From positions 4,168-68,167 of the forward strand of contig JAITGX010000049.1 in NCBI GenBank assembly GCA_031280275.1: a DNA stretch of 64,000 nt. Reading direction: 5' to 3'. This document shows, piece after piece, positions 35,521-46,253 of the stretch. The DNA comes from Synergistaceae bacterium. GTDB lineage: Bacteria; Synergistota; Synergistia; Synergistales; Aminobacteriaceae. Under the pieces are notes generated by a model. The model worked only from the letters and a program-made list of their open reading frames with translations. It was not told the DNA's origin and ran no database searches. The first letter of the stretch is position 1; each line of letters begins with the position of its first letter. The position numbers and the translations under genes were made by a program.

Positions 35521-37488
35521 GTGACACGTCACGTTGAGCAGCAGGACTTTTTGAAATTTCATTTTCCATCCAATCCAAGTTTCTCACCGGGCGGCGGGCA
35601 CATTGCCTTCCGAGTCTCGCGCCCGGACATGGAGAAGAACGGCTACGCCTCCGACCTTTGGGTGCACGACCTGAAAAGCGGGACAAACCGGCAGATGACC
35701 TTCTCCGGCGCGGAAAAATTTTTCTGCTGGAGCGCCGATGGGGCTTCCTTGATCTTCGCCTCGGAAAGGAGCGGGAAAAAAGACGGAAAGGGGACTTCCT
35801 TCTACTCGATGGCCCTGGAAGGCGGGGAGGCAGCCCCTCTTTTCCGCATCCCCCTCGCCGCGGCGTCCATCCGTGCCCTGGATGAGCGCCGCTGTCTTAT
35901 CACCGCCGCCTGGGAGTGCGAAATCCCCGAAAACCCCGACGTACTGGTCTTCGACCAGGTACCCTTCATGAGCAACGGCAAGGGCTACACGGGCCGCCGC
36001 CGGGTGGGCCTCGCGGTCTGCGACATGCTCACAGGGGGAGTGAGACTCTTGACTCCGCCCGGCATGGAGGTTTCCCGCTGCGTCCTGAACCGGGAAAAGT
36101 CAAAGGCCCTGGTGGTTGCCGTGGAGTACGCGGACGTCAAACCTCTGAACAACGCCGTCCACGAGATGGACTTATTCACGGGCGCCATGAAGCTTCTAAG
36201 CGGAGGACTGGCCTTCACCTTCGTCCACGCCGCCTGGCTGGGGGACGCAGTTCTCGTCACCGGAACGGACCATAAAAAAACAGGGGTCAACGAAAACCTG
36301 AAATTCTACTTTTTGGAAGACGGCCGACTGGAGTGTTTGACGCCCGACATGGACAGCAGCTTGACCAACGCCGTCACGGCGGACGGTCATTATGGCTGCT
36401 CCGCAGACTTGGCCGGGGCGTTTTTCCCCTATCGGAGCGGCCTAGGTGCTGGCGCGGCTTTCAAGGGGCCGATTTTCTGCTCCACAGATGTGATGAAAAG
36501 CCGCCTCTGCGAGTTGAACGGAGACGAACGCCCGCTTCAGCTCACCTTCCGTACCTCCGCTGTTGTGGACTACTGCGTCGAGGAGAAGAGCGGCCGTGCC
36601 GCCTTCGTCGCCTACGAGGGCCTTTACCCCACCGAACTCTATCTGCTGGAGCCAGGCGGGGAAAAACGCCTGACGAGTTTCAATCGCCCGCTGTTCGAAG
36701 AGCTTCGCCTGTCGCAGCCCATTCACGTGACCGTGGATAACGGTCAGGGGTGGAAGTTGGACGGCTGGTACATGAAGCCGACGGACTTTCGCGAGAGGAA
36801 AAAGTACCCGGCCGTCCTGCACATTCACGGGGGCCCCAAGGCGGCTTTCGGGGACCTGTACCACCACGAGATGCAGTGCTGGGCGGCCAAGGGCTACGCG
36901 GTGCTCTACTGCAACCCGCGGGGCGGGGACGGGCGGGGGAGCGCCTTCGAGGACATCCGGGGCCGCTACGGGGATATCGACTATCACGACCTGACGGCGT
37001 TCACGGACTGGTGCGTCAGAAACCTGAGCTTCGTGGACAGCGCGCGCCTGGGCGTCACGGGCGGCTCCTACGGCGGCTACATGACCAACTGGATCGTCAC
37101 GCGGACACACCGCTTCAAGGCGGCGGTCTCCCAGCGGGGCATCAGCAACTGGGTCTCGAAGTTCGGCTGCTGTGACATCGGGTACTACTATGTGGAGGAC
37201 CAGCATCTGGGTACACCCTGGAAGGACGCGGAAAAACCCTGGGCTGAGTCTCCTCTGAAGTACGCCGACAGGGTGAAAACACCCATTCTTTTCATCCACT
37301 CCGAGGACGACTTCCGCTGCGAGCTGGGTCAGGCTTTTCAGATGTTCACTGCGCTGAAAGTTCTGGGCGTGGAGAGCCGCCTGTGCGTGTTCAAGGGGGA
37401 AAATCACGAACTCAGCCGCTCTGGGAGGCCCCGCAGCCGCTTGGCCCGTCTTCGCGAGATTCAAAGCTGGTTCGACACGCATCTATAA
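35521..37488 (+). CDS. S9 family serine peptidase (prolyl oligopeptidase / acylaminoacyl-peptidase type)
   Basis: N-terminal beta-propeller-like region. C-terminal hydrolase with GVTGGSYGGYM (GxSxGG) and GENHELSR. GTG start after aaggaggg. Confidence 0.85.
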   Translation: MTRHVEQQDFLKFHFPSNPSFSPGGGHIAFRVSRPDMEKNGYASDLWVHDLKSGTNRQMTFSGAEKFFCWSADGASLIFASERSGKKDGKGTSFYSMALEGGEAAPLFRIPLAAASIRALDERRCLITAAWECEIPENPDVLVFDQVPFMSNGKGYTGRRRVGLAVCDMLTGGVRLLTPPGMEVSRCVLNREKSKALVVAVEYADVKPLNNAVHEMDLFTGAMKLLSGGLAFTFVHAAWLGDAVLVTGTDHKKTGVNENLKFYFLEDGRLECLTPDMDSSLTNAVTADGHYGCSADLAGAFFPYRSGLGAGAAFKGPIFCSTDVMKSRLCELNGDERPLQLTFRTSAVVDYCVEEKSGRAAFVAYEGLYPTELYLLEPGGEKRLTSFNRPLFEELRLSQPIHVTVDNGQGWKLDGWYMKPTDFRERKKYPAVLHIHGGPKAAFGDLYHHEMQCWAAKGYAVLYCNPRGGDGRGSAFEDIRGRYGDIDYHDLTAFTDWCVRNLSFVDSARLGVTGGSYGGYMTNWIVTRTHRFKAAVSQRGISNWVSKFGCCDIGYYYVEDQHLGTPWKDAEKPWAESPLKYADRVKTPILFIHSEDDFRCELGQAFQMFTALKVLGVESRLCVFKGENHELSRSGRPRSRLARLREIQSWFDTHL

Positions 37489-37528
37489 ATTGAGGAAAAA
37501 TCCGCAAATTAAGGAGAAATCCGCGCCC

Positions 37529-39028
37529 ATGAACGAGATCGGGGCCGTGACCCTGCGGGGAATGGAGGCCCTTCCCGTAGAGGTGGAAGTAGAGATCACG
37601 GGGGGCCTTTTCTTCATCTCCATCGTGGGGCTGCCCGACGCCGCCGTGAAAGAATCCAGGGAACGGGTCCGCGCCGCTCTGCGCTCTGTCGGGCTTCCGC
37701 TCAAGGGGCGCGTGGCGGTCAACCTGGCCCCGGCGGACCTGCCCAAAGAGGGAGCGCTCCTGGACTTACCCATCGCCCTGGCCATGATGCGGGGCACGGG
37801 CATGTTGAAGCCCGTCAGACCCGCTTTCTACATGGGTGAGCTGGCCCTGGACGGACGCCTGCGCCGGGTGCGGGGCGCGGTGCCTGCCGCGTATTTGGCG
37901 CGGGCCAGAGGGCTTCCCCTTTACATTCCCCGCGAGAACGCGGAGGAGGTTGGGCTGGTGAAGGGCGTGGAGGCTTACGCCGTTGGGAGTTTGACGGAAC
38001 TGGCCGCCGTGCTGCGGGGTGAGACCGAGGCGTCTCCGGTGACGGTGTCCAGCGCACCAGACGCCCCCATTGAGGCGGACCCGGACTTCAGCGACATTAA
38101 GGGTCAGGCGGCCGCCCGCCGTGCCGCCGAGATAGCCGCGGCGGGACACCACAACATCCTGCTGGTGGGCTCACCGGGCAGCGGCAAGACCCTCATCGCC
38201 AAGGCCATGAACGGCATCCTTCCTCCGTTGAGCGACGAGGAACTGCTAGAGACCCTGCTGGTGCGCAGCACTCTGGGGCTCCCGGCGGAGCCAGGCCGGC
38301 GGCGGCCCTTTCGCACGGTGCATTTCACCGCCAGCTCCGTTTCCATCTGCGGAGGGGGGAACTCCCTCCGCCCTGGCGAGGTTTCCTTGGCTCACCGCGG
38401 GGTTCTGTTTCTGGACGAATTCACGGAGTTTCGCAGAGACCTGACCGAAAGTTTACGAGCCCCATTAGAGGACGGACAGGTGGTGATCAGCCGGGCGGCT
38501 GGTACCGTGACGTACCCCTCGCGGGTGCTCTTGATACTGGCGGCGAATCCCTGTGCCTGCGGGCACCTGGGCGATCCAGCCGAAAAATGCATCTGTTCGG
38601 GCGTGGAGTTGGAGCGTTACAGGCGTAAGCTCTCAGGCCCCATTTTGGACCGCGTCGACCTTCAAATCGCCGTGCCGCGCCTTTTGACGGAGGAGCTGCT
38701 TTCGTTCTCCGGCAGCGCGGAGAGCAGCGCGGCCATACGGGAGCGGGTCTGCCGGGCGCGGCGGGTACAGCAAAAACGCTGGGCGCCTTGCGGTTTTTCC
38801 TGCAACGCGGAGCTGCCCGAAAAAATCGTCCGCCGGTACTTGGTGCTCTCGCAAGAGACGCTTGATTTCTTGGCCGGAATGGCGGGCAGACTGCGCCTGT
38901 CGGGGCGAGGCATCAGCCGCGTGCTGAAAGTGGCGCGCACCATCGCCGACCTGGCGGGTGAACCGGATATTCAAAAGCCGCACCTGGCGGAGTCGTTGAT
39001 GTACCGCCGCCAAGGCACAACCACTTAA
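37529..39028 (+). CDS. comM: YifB/ComM family Mg-chelatase-like AAA+ ATPase
   Basis: Lon-protease-like N-domain, Walker A LLVGSPGSGKT, Walker B VLFLDEF. The TAA stop is the first three nucleotides of repeat copy 8. Confidence 0.9.
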   Translation: MNEIGAVTLRGMEALPVEVEVEITGGLFFISIVGLPDAAVKESRERVRAALRSVGLPLKGRVAVNLAPADLPKEGALLDLPIALAMMRGTGMLKPVRPAFYMGELALDGRLRRVRGAVPAAYLARARGLPLYIPRENAEEVGLVKGVEAYAVGSLTELAAVLRGETEASPVTVSSAPDAPIEADPDFSDIKGQAAARRAAEIAAAGHHNILLVGSPGSGKTLIAKAMNGILPPLSDEELLETLLVRSTLGLPAEPGRRRPFRTVHFTASSVSICGGGNSLRPGEVSLAHRGVLFLDEFTEFRRDLTESLRAPLEDGQVVISRAAGTVTYPSRVLLILAANPCACGHLGDPAEKCICSGVELERYRRKLSGPILDRVDLQIAVPRLLTEELLSFSGSAESSAAIRERVCRARRVQQKRWAPCGFSCNAELPEKIVRRYLVLSQETLDFLAGMAGRLRLSGRGISRVLKVARTIADLAGEPDIQKPHLAESLMYRRQGTTT

Positions 39029-39140
39029 GGAAGCGCTGATTAATGGGGTTCTTAGGAGTCTGAGCCCCCTTGGGGTCAATACCCCGCCTAATGCCCCTAA
39101 GCGGGGCGTGGAGCGGAGCCCCACAAGGGCTTAATCAGCT
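39026..39140 (+). repeat. MITE/REP-like element, copy 8 (forward, expanded hairpin-1 region)
   Basis: taaggaagcgctgattaatggggttcttaggagtctgagcccccttggggtcaataccccgcctaatgcccctaagcggggcgtggagcggagccccacaagggcttaatcag. Confidence 0.85.
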
Positions 39141-39177
39141 AAGGGGCTCTTTCGGCGAAGGGCATCGGTTTTTTGGC

Positions 39178-39253
39178 TGGCGAGCTTGGGCGGACTCGAA
39201 CCGCCGACCTACGGCTTAGGAGGCCGTCGCTCTATCCACTGAGCTACAAGCCC
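39178..39253 (-). tRNA. tRNA-Arg (anticodon CCT), CCA encoded
   Basis: The reverse complement folds as a cloverleaf: acceptor GGGCTTG/CAAGCTC, D stem GCTC/GAGC, anticodon stem ACGGC/GCCGT with loop CTCCTAA, T stem GGCGG/CCGCC with TTCGAGT. 76 nt. Confidence 0.9.
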
Positions 39254-39349
39254 TCACGCATAAGAAATATATCACAAAAAGGCTTCCTGTCAAATTCTGA
39301 GGAGATCGGACCGCTTCACCCGGCGTCCCTGCCGGAAACGTCCCCTTAC

Positions 39350-39358
39350 GTGTTATAA
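39350..39358 (+). promoter_or_regulatory. Possible extended -10 promoter element for the pilin-like operon
   Basis: tgtTATAAT (TGnTATAAT) lies 33 nt upstream of the 39391 ATG. No convincing -35. Confidence 0.35.
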
Positions 39359-39390
39359 TTTCCTTAATTTTTAGGTGGTGCATAACAGCG

Positions 39391-39885
39391 ATGAAAAAAT
39401 TTTCCGCCATGGCAAATACCCAGGAGGTGCGTGTTACTTTGTTGAAACACAACAGGCGCGAGGGCATCGGCATTATTGAAACCCTTATTCTTTTGGTCGT
39501 TTTGGGGGTCACGCTGAGCGCGATATTCACCACCATGGCCTGGACTTCCCGATCCTACATCTTCGGCAGGAAGGGCCGGGAAAGCCGGGAACTGCTCTTT
39601 AACTTCGTCCAGGCATTCGAGTCCGTCTGGAGTCCGGGGTTCGTGGCCGCCGGTGCGGTGCCCCCGGAGGCGGAGGAGGTGGCCAGAATATTGGGCGGGA
39701 CATGGGACAGCAGTAAAAAGCAGGCGGCCGTCAACGGGTTTATCCTCAAGGCCGCTTCCCGGGGCAGCACTGGAGGCAGCATGGTTCTGCGGATAACCAT
39801 ATCCACGGAGGGGAAAAACATCGTGGAGCTGGATAGGGCTTACAACATCTACTCCAACGAAACGACCTCCGACGACAAAGTCTAA
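39391..39885 (+). CDS. Pilin/pseudopilin-like protein with long leader
   Basis: REG|IGIIETLILLVVLGVTLSAIF: Gly at -1, Glu at +5 and a hydrophobic helix, as in class III (prepilin) signals. The leader is about 25 aa from the first ATG. Confidence 0.5.
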   Translation: MKKFSAMANTQEVRVTLLKHNRREGIGIIETLILLVVLGVTLSAIFTTMAWTSRSYIFGRKGRESRELLFNFVQAFESVWSPGFVAAGAVPPEAEEVARILGGTWDSSKKQAAVNGFILKAASRGSTGGSMVLRITISTEGKNIVELDRAYNIYSNETTSDDKV

Positions 39886-39903
39886 AGGGGGAATATCGAA
39901 AAA

Positions 39904-41058
39904 ATGCGCCGCAAAAACGCCTTCACTTTTGTGGAGCTGCTCATCGCCATGGTGATCGTCGCTATCGTCGGGGGCGTCGCCGTTACTGCCCTGTGGCTCA
40001 TCTTCAACACCCATTCCCAAATGGACGACTACACCTCGGCAGACTCAGAGATGGAGTCCGTCTTCCAGCGCCTCAGCCGCGACTTCGGGCTCGTCGGCTT
40101 GGGGATGCCGAATAACAGGAAAGGCAAGCACTCTTTCGCCGCGTCTTTCCGTTCCATTGAGGGGCCCTCCCACTGGCCTATCATGGCCCTGCTCAGCTCC
40201 GATACCGACCCCCACAGCGCCGTCAACCCGGATTGTTACTGCTGGGGCGGGCCCGTCACCGTAGCCGCCGCCAACCCCACCAACGTTTATGACGCCTCGC
40301 ACATAACCTGGAACGGCCTTTGGCGCACCGGCGCGGAGTTCGGACCCGGCGGGGGCGCGTATGTCGGACCGGAACTCTACTACTTTTTCGCCGTCCCAAC
40401 GGGGCTCAAGGCTCGATTCGTGAACGCCGCGGACGCCGGTAACACCACGGCCATCAATGAAACTGCCCTGACGCTCCATCCCCTTTACTCTCCTCCTCCT
40501 CCGGCTAACGCCAACGGCGGGGTGCATCTCCGGGATTTCCGCTATGACCAGCGGCACGTAGGACTCCAAGCCGTGGACACCGCTCCCCGCGGCAGGGACA
40601 TGGCCACATGGCTGCTGTTTCCCACTCTGCGGCTCCCCATGCTGCTGATGGGCTGGAACACCGACAGGCTAGAGGTAAAGGTCGCCCCGGAAAACGAGCT
40701 TCCCGTGACGGGCACCGTCATGGGGCTCGACGAGGTTCACCTGGTTCAAGGGGCGCGGCTTTACCGAAACGCCGACAACGAGCTGGTGCGGGTCATTTTC
40801 GGCACGGACTATAACACCGCGGGCGGCGTTGTCACCGAGGTGCTGGCCCGCAACGTGGTGGGTTTGCAGTTCACCTACAACCCCATTTCGCGCCTGCTGA
40901 CGCTTTATATCGCCGTCCGCGGAAACGAGATGTCGCCCGCCGGGTATAACAACCCAAACCAGCCCAACGGCTGGGCCCCTTGGCTGCCGCCCATCGCTCC
41001 CAACGACCTGCGTTACCGCATCCTCGCTAAGTCGCTAACCTGGAGAATCAGAAACTAG
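39904..41058 (+). CDS. Prepilin-type N-terminal cleavage/methylation domain protein (PilW-like minor pilin)
   Basis: MRRKNA|FTFVELLIAMVIVAIVGGVAV is a canonical N-methyl motif except for Ala at -1. 384 aa. Confidence 0.7.
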   Translation: MRRKNAFTFVELLIAMVIVAIVGGVAVTALWLIFNTHSQMDDYTSADSEMESVFQRLSRDFGLVGLGMPNNRKGKHSFAASFRSIEGPSHWPIMALLSSDTDPHSAVNPDCYCWGGPVTVAAANPTNVYDASHITWNGLWRTGAEFGPGGGAYVGPELYYFFAVPTGLKARFVNAADAGNTTAINETALTLHPLYSPPPPANANGGVHLRDFRYDQRHVGLQAVDTAPRGRDMATWLLFPTLRLPMLLMGWNTDRLEVKVAPENELPVTGTVMGLDEVHLVQGARLYRNADNELVRVIFGTDYNTAGGVVTEVLARNVVGLQFTYNPISRLLTLYIAVRGNEMSPAGYNNPNQPNGWAPWLPPIAPNDLRYRILAKSLTWRIRN

Positions 41059-41076
41059 CCAGAGGAGGCAATAAGC

Positions 41077-41766
41077 ATGAAAAAATTTCTTTCTAACTCA
41101 CGCAGGGGCGTTGCGCTCATTATGGCGCTTGTGGTGGTGCTCGTGGGCGGCGCGCTCATCGCCGTCACCTTCAGCCTCGTCCTCAACTACGTGAGTTTTT
41201 CCGCGGAGCAGCGGGGAACCTACGTGGACCACACCACGGTACTTCACCTTATCCAGTCCACCAAGGCTTATATTGTCTCGTCCAACGACGTCCGCTCCTT
41301 CGACCTGGGGGTGATGCACGCGCCAGGCTTCGACTACGGCGACGAGAACAGCGTCGTCGACCACATCGACAAACTCCGTTTTCCCGCGGCCTTCGACCCC
41401 AACTTGGACATGGATATCTCTATCAACAGCGGATCGGGCCGCCAAAGGGCCATAGTTCAGGTCTACGACATGTTTTACGAGGCGGACCGGGTAAAGGAGC
41501 CTCTCCTGAGCAACCGTGCCCAGATGCAGGAGCTTCCCTCCGTCTACAAGCTGAAGGGCGTCAGCTCGAACTCCTTTGAGAACGAAAACGGCGAAAACCA
41601 GGGAGACGCCAACAGCGGCTCCAACGACAACTTTGGGGAAGGCGAGCTGGACCCCATGAGGTACGGTGCTTACCTGATACGGGTGCAGCTCTACGACAGC
41701 AAGAACAAGCTGCTCCGCGCCGCCGAGGAAGCCTTTGTGCAGATTCTTCCCAAGCCGGAAGAATAG
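41077..41766 (+). CDS. PilX/GspK-like minor pseudopilin
   Basis: N-terminus SRRGVALIMALVVVLVGGALIAV resembles the PilX_N/GspK pattern (RGxALI..L.vv). Operon position fits. Confidence 0.5.
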   Translation: MKKFLSNSRRGVALIMALVVVLVGGALIAVTFSLVLNYVSFSAEQRGTYVDHTTVLHLIQSTKAYIVSSNDVRSFDLGVMHAPGFDYGDENSVVDHIDKLRFPAAFDPNLDMDISINSGSGRQRAIVQVYDMFYEADRVKEPLLSNRAQMQELPSVYKLKGVSSNSFENENGENQGDANSGSNDNFGEGELDPMRYGAYLIRVQLYDSKNKLLRAAEEAFVQILPKPEE

Positions 41767-41813
41767 AAGAATAATGGTCAGTGGTCAGAAAATTATTGTT
41801 CGAGGTGATTGAT

Positions 41814-44800
41814 ATGCGAAACATGGAAAAGGGTTCATCCCTCTCTTTTGCCAGACGGGTGAGGACTTCTGCGGCGCTCGCCCTGCTGGCGGCATTGGGG
41901 GTGGGTTTCACCCTCGCTGGCGCGCAGGCCGCACCCCCTGACCCCACGGCGCACCCCCTCAAAACCTACTACAAGGCCGTCAGTTACCCCATGGAGGACG
42001 CCATCCTCAGGGGCATTGAGCCCAACGTCCTCATTTACATGGACACCATGTCAGGCATGGTGGTGTCTATGAAGGGACAGATTCCCATTTTTAAAAACGA
42101 CGACGTCTGGATGAAGGCCAACTACCCCGCCATGCGCGACGCGGGCTTCCGGGCGAATCTGCTGCTGCAGAACACCTTCGGCATCGGCAGCCGCCCTGTC
42201 AGCCACGGAACCATGCCAGACCAGGCGGTGCGGCTTTCCAACAACAACCTGACGCTCCCTTATGTCTCCCTTTTCCCCGGAATGGAGAGCACAAACAAAT
42301 CGTACAACTACATGGGCAAGGACGTGGACGACACCAACAACATTATCGGAAACCAAGACTGCTACTACAGCTCCGATCCTAATAAGCCCTATTTCCTCAC
42401 GTTCCAAGACAGTGGGTGGGCGAACTGGAACGGGCAGGGCTCCCCTCCCAGCTCCATGCCCAGCGAGCTTCGGACGTACCTGCCCGGAGGACCTAACTAC
42501 GGACAGCCCGTACCGCACGCCTTGGCGGAGCAGTACCTGATCCCAAACGACAGCAAGATGTACAAGGTCAAGCTGGTGTTATGGCGGCTTCTGTCTCCGA
42601 GTGACTCCAGCAAGCAGATGCTCTCCCGGATGCGCCTGGGGCTCGCCACAACCTTCTCCGACCGGGAGTATCCCACCGGCAGCGGCAGGTCAGCCACCAT
42701 ATCCTACGCCCCCTTCCGCTACGACAGTTCATCGAAAGTCAGCAATCTCTACGGAGGTCCAGGGGCAGGAGGGACGGTCGCCGACGGGGACCGGGATCTG
42801 TTCATGGCGTATCATGGCAGCGCCGACGGCAGCGGAACTATGACTCAGCAATGGACTCACTTCCCCGGCGGTGTGGCGGTGGAGACCAACACCACCGGCG
42901 CCGGGGTGCTGGCCAACAGCAGCTACACACTGTTCGCTTCCGCGACGCTCTATGGCGGGACGAGTTCCATCTATAACAGCTTGACCAACGGGCCGCGCCA
43001 CGCCAGCCGCTCGATACTGCGCGTTCCCTTCGATTTCATGTACAGCCAAGACGGAAACGGGGATTACCACCCCACAGCCAGCGCCATCACCTTCCGGGAG
43101 TACATCGACGGCGTCATGCAGGTGGACCAGAACGGCGGCGTAACCCTGCTCAACCGCTTCGTCAACGACGAACTGTACACCACGAACACCATAGCGCCTG
43201 TGGAACAGCAAATTTATGGGGGCAGCAGGTTTATCAGCGGGGGAAACAACCAAAACGTTCTCAACGGCCAGGGCGCGCTTACCTACGCCGCCGGCACGGA
43301 GGGCTCACGAACGCTGCATCAGGGATATACCGGCACCGCGGGGGTACCGCTGAGGCGCGTCCGCAACTCCGAGGGGCTGATGACCGGCACGGCGCTGGGG
43401 GACGCGCTGAGCTTTTTCTCTCCCCCCGCCGGCGTGTTGAGCTACGCGGCTGGCGGTCTGAACGGCGCTGGGGACACGCGGGGATATTTCCCCGTGACGG
43501 GCTCCTGCCAGCCCAACTGGATCATCTACTTCACGACGGGCAGCGAAGCTCAGCCCGGTTGGAGCTGCACCGAAGCGAACTCAATGATGAAGGCGCTGCA
43601 CGACATATACATGAACTCCAGGCAGATGCGGGGCCGTCAGTGGGACGGGGCGAACTGGGTGGAGCGAACCTTCGAAATGGACAACCCCATCAGGACGATC
43701 GTGGTGGGCCTGATCACCACGCAGGGAATGGCGGGCGACGGAGACCCCTATGCGCCCGACTCTCCGGCGGACACGCCGGCGAAACGGGTACGCAAAGCCG
43801 TGCGGCGCATGGCCCACGCAGGTCAGCCTTACGCGGACGGCACGCCGAACACCAGTATTGAACCCATCTTTGCCGACAACGTGCCCGACCTGATCCGCAA
43901 CCTGCACGAGACCCTGGTAAACATCCAGACGGAGCGCATCACCGGCGGCGCGCCCTCCTTGCAGCCCATGCAGGAAGAAGACCCCGAGGGCGACCGGGTG
44001 CTTTTCGGCGCGTCCTATGTGGTGAACATGAAGCGCCAGTGGCAGGGCGGCTTTGCCAGGTACAAGATACCCAAGGGGCAGGTGGATTCCGTGCTGGTCT
44101 GGGATGCCAGGGCAACCACCGCGGCGCAGGCGCAGAACAACACGCGCAATGTCTATACTGCCGCGGCGCCGATGAACCAAACCACGTCCCTGCCGATAAC
44201 CCCGGTGCGCCTGGGAGACCTGACGGACGCCCAGTTTAAAAACCTGCTGGGCCTGCCCGACGCCTACATCAGCCCGGATGATTCGGACCCGGCGGCCAGG
44301 CTGGCCGAATGGCAGGCGCACTTGGCGGATTTCAAGAACTGGCTGGTGAAGTACCCCGGCGAGAACGGCATCTTAGGCGACATGGAGCACAGCAACTACG
44401 TGAACGTGGGCGACGGCAAGTTCCGGAGCTTTAAAACCAACCAGGAGATTACCGTTCCGCGCCAAAAGGTGATCTACCTCCAGACTAACCGGGGTTTCCT
44501 GCACTGCTTGGACTACGAGACGGGGCGGGAACTGTGGGCCTTCATCCCGCCCCATATCCTGCGGCGTGTATGGCAGCAGAGATTCCTGAAAGAGCCGGAG
44601 GGCGGTTCGACGCCCATTACCGGCGACGGGTCCAGCACCATGTCCTCCCGGCCGCTGGTGCTGCTGGACGGCCCCCTGGTGGCCATGGATCAGGTCAACG
44701 ACGCCGACGTCCCCAGCGTCTTCGACCTGAAGACCTATCTGGTGGGAATGTCCGGCTGGGGCGGCGCGGGAATTTACGTGATGGACGTCACAAACCCCAG

Positions 44801-46253
44801 CGCGCCGAATTTCCAGTGGGCTGTGGACAACGCCCGTTACAACGGCAGTGAACCCGACGGCGCCGGGACGTCCTGGAACAACCCCGACCCCACCGTCCAC
44901 TACTGGGGGAATGCGGCGCACAGTGACCTCCGGTTCGCCGGCAGGCTGGGCTTGACCCTCCGCGCCCCTATCCCCTGGAACGGAGCGCGGTACATCAACG
45001 GCGACGGGGTTAACCCGGCAGGGACCCGCCGTCACCACAGCGGTTTTCTTCTGCCCGGCGGTCTGGGGCTCTGGGGGCGCAGCGACAAAAACCACGGCAA
45101 GGCGCTCCTCGTGAACGACAGCTACGAGGCCAGGTCCTCGCTGTTCAACTTCAGGGGCAATGCCGCCTCCAACACGCACATCTACGGCCCGCCCAACATC
45201 AAGATTCCCGTCGATAATGGAGACTATAAGCTGGGCATGTTCGTCTCGCCGGTGTTTGTGGTGGACTCGGACAAGGACGGCTTGGAGGAGGAGTACTTCG
45301 CGACCGACAGCGACGGTAACATCATGGTCGGGAACCTGCTGCAAGGGGATCAAAGCGACGCTGCTCACCCGAACGTGCGCTTTTACCTGAAAAACTTCTT
45401 CCAGCTGCGGACCATCTTGGACCCGTTGACGCCGGGCGTGGCGGCGGGGCAGCCCATCATGGTTCCCAACGGCTTCGCTCTGGGCAAAAAGGGAATTGGG
45501 GCCACTGCTGCGCGTTGGCTGTTCGGCGGCAGCGCAGACCTGATTGGGCCGGACGGCGTCGAGGTGAACAACGCTCAACAGTACATCTTCGGTTTGAAAC
45601 TGAGCAATTTAGACTTGAGGCCCTTTACCGACCCCTACAACGGCTCCGCGGGGGAGTTCCAGGCGAACGCCACGACGGGGGCCCTGACGCGCCTGAAGTA
45701 CATAAAGACGACCCCCCAAGTTCAGCCAGCCTGGGGGGGTGAGGAGACGGGCGACCAGAATGGGGTGCCGACGGGGGCTAAGGGATGGCGGCTGATGCTG
45801 CGGCCCAAGGTGGTGCACCCGTCCATTCCCACGGATGCGGAGTACGTGACGGCGGCGCCCTTCCTGTACAGGCGCGTACTGTACGTGTCAACGTTTATCC
45901 CGCGGACGTGGCAGCCTGGAGACCAGGAGCGGTGCCGGGACGTCGGCGACACGAAACTGTACGCGCTGGATCCCGAGACAGGAAAGTCGAAGTGGAAGGG
46001 CGGCCAGGCGTATGTGCTCAGCAACATCAAGATTATGGGAATTTCGGGTTCGAGAGGACACTTGTTCCTTGGGATCAAGGCGCTGAAGCCGGGCGCTCTG
46101 TCGAGTTTCCAGCAGTATGAGGAATTGAAAGACTACGTGACCCACATCGATGGCTCCGTGGTGGAAGTTCCTACGCCGCCGTCCAATGACGACCAGCTTG
46201 ACCTGGAGCCCATCGTCCCGCACCTGCAGTATTGGAGGGAGATTATTCGATAA
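41814..46253 (+). CDS. PilY1/PilC-like large pilus-associated adhesin
   Basis: Signal peptide (AALALLAALGVGFTLAGAQA). Beta-propeller hallmark YLQTNRGFLHCLDYETGRELWAFIPPH. EF-hand-like Ca loop VVDSDKDGLEEEYF. N-terminal vWA-like LIYMDTMSGM. ATG at 41814 follows gaggtg. Confidence 0.7.
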   Translation: MRNMEKGSSLSFARRVRTSAALALLAALGVGFTLAGAQAAPPDPTAHPLKTYYKAVSYPMEDAILRGIEPNVLIYMDTMSGMVVSMKGQIPIFKNDDVWMKANYPAMRDAGFRANLLLQNTFGIGSRPVSHGTMPDQAVRLSNNNLTLPYVSLFPGMESTNKSYNYMGKDVDDTNNIIGNQDCYYSSDPNKPYFLTFQDSGWANWNGQGSPPSSMPSELRTYLPGGPNYGQPVPHALAEQYLIPNDSKMYKVKLVLWRLLSPSDSSKQMLSRMRLGLATTFSDREYPTGSGRSATISYAPFRYDSSSKVSNLYGGPGAGGTVADGDRDLFMAYHGSADGSGTMTQQWTHFPGGVAVETNTTGAGVLANSSYTLFASATLYGGTSSIYNSLTNGPRHASRSILRVPFDFMYSQDGNGDYHPTASAITFREYIDGVMQVDQNGGVTLLNRFVNDELYTTNTIAPVEQQIYGGSRFISGGNNQNVLNGQGALTYAAGTEGSRTLHQGYTGTAGVPLRRVRNSEGLMTGTALGDALSFFSPPAGVLSYAAGGLNGAGDTRGYFPVTGSCQPNWIIYFTTGSEAQPGWSCTEANSMMKALHDIYMNSRQMRGRQWDGANWVERTFEMDNPIRTIVVGLITTQGMAGDGDPYAPDSPADTPAKRVRKAVRRMAHAGQPYADGTPNTSIEPIFADNVPDLIRNLHETLVNIQTERITGGAPSLQPMQEEDPEGDRVLFGASYVVNMKRQWQGGFARYKIPKGQVDSVLVWDARATTAAQAQNNTRNVYTAAAPMNQTTSLPITPVRLGDLTDAQFKNLLGLPDAYISPDDSDPAARLAEWQAHLADFKNWLVKYPGENGILGDMEHSNYVNVGDGKFRSFKTNQEITVPRQKVIYLQTNRGFLHCLDYETGRELWAFIPPHILRRVWQQRFLKEPEGGSTPITGDGSSTMSSRPLVLLDGPLVAMDQVNDADVPSVFDLKTYLVGMSGWGGAGIYVMDVTNPSAPNFQWAVDNARYNGSEPDGAGTSWNNPDPTVHYWGNAAHSDLRFAGRLGLTLRAPIPWNGARYINGDGVNPAGTRRHHSGFLLPGGLGLWGRSDKNHGKALLVNDSYEARSSLFNFRGNAASNTHIYGPPNIKIPVDNGDYKLGMFVSPVFVVDSDKDGLEEEYFATDSDGNIMVGNLLQGDQSDAAHPNVRFYLKNFFQLRTILDPLTPGVAAGQPIMVPNGFALGKKGIGATAARWLFGGSADLIGPDGVEVNNAQQYIFGLKLSNLDLRPFTDPYNGSAGEFQANATTGALTRLKYIKTTPQVQPAWGGEETGDQNGVPTGAKGWRLMLRPKVVHPSIPTDAEYVTAAPFLYRRVLYVSTFIPRTWQPGDQERCRDVGDTKLYALDPETGKSKWKGGQAYVLSNIKIMGISGSRGHLFLGIKALKPGALSSFQQYEELKDYVTHIDGSVVEVPTPPSNDDQLDLEPIVPHLQYWREIIR

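Noticed and set aside
37529-39028. The 'Mg-chelatase-like' ComM/YifB as the missing AAA+ partner of the CobN-like protein.
   Set aside because: The YifB/ComM family is a Lon-N plus AAA+ competence/helicase-type protein unrelated in function to ChlI/ChlD. It is cytoplasmic and lies 31 kb away in an unrelated context.
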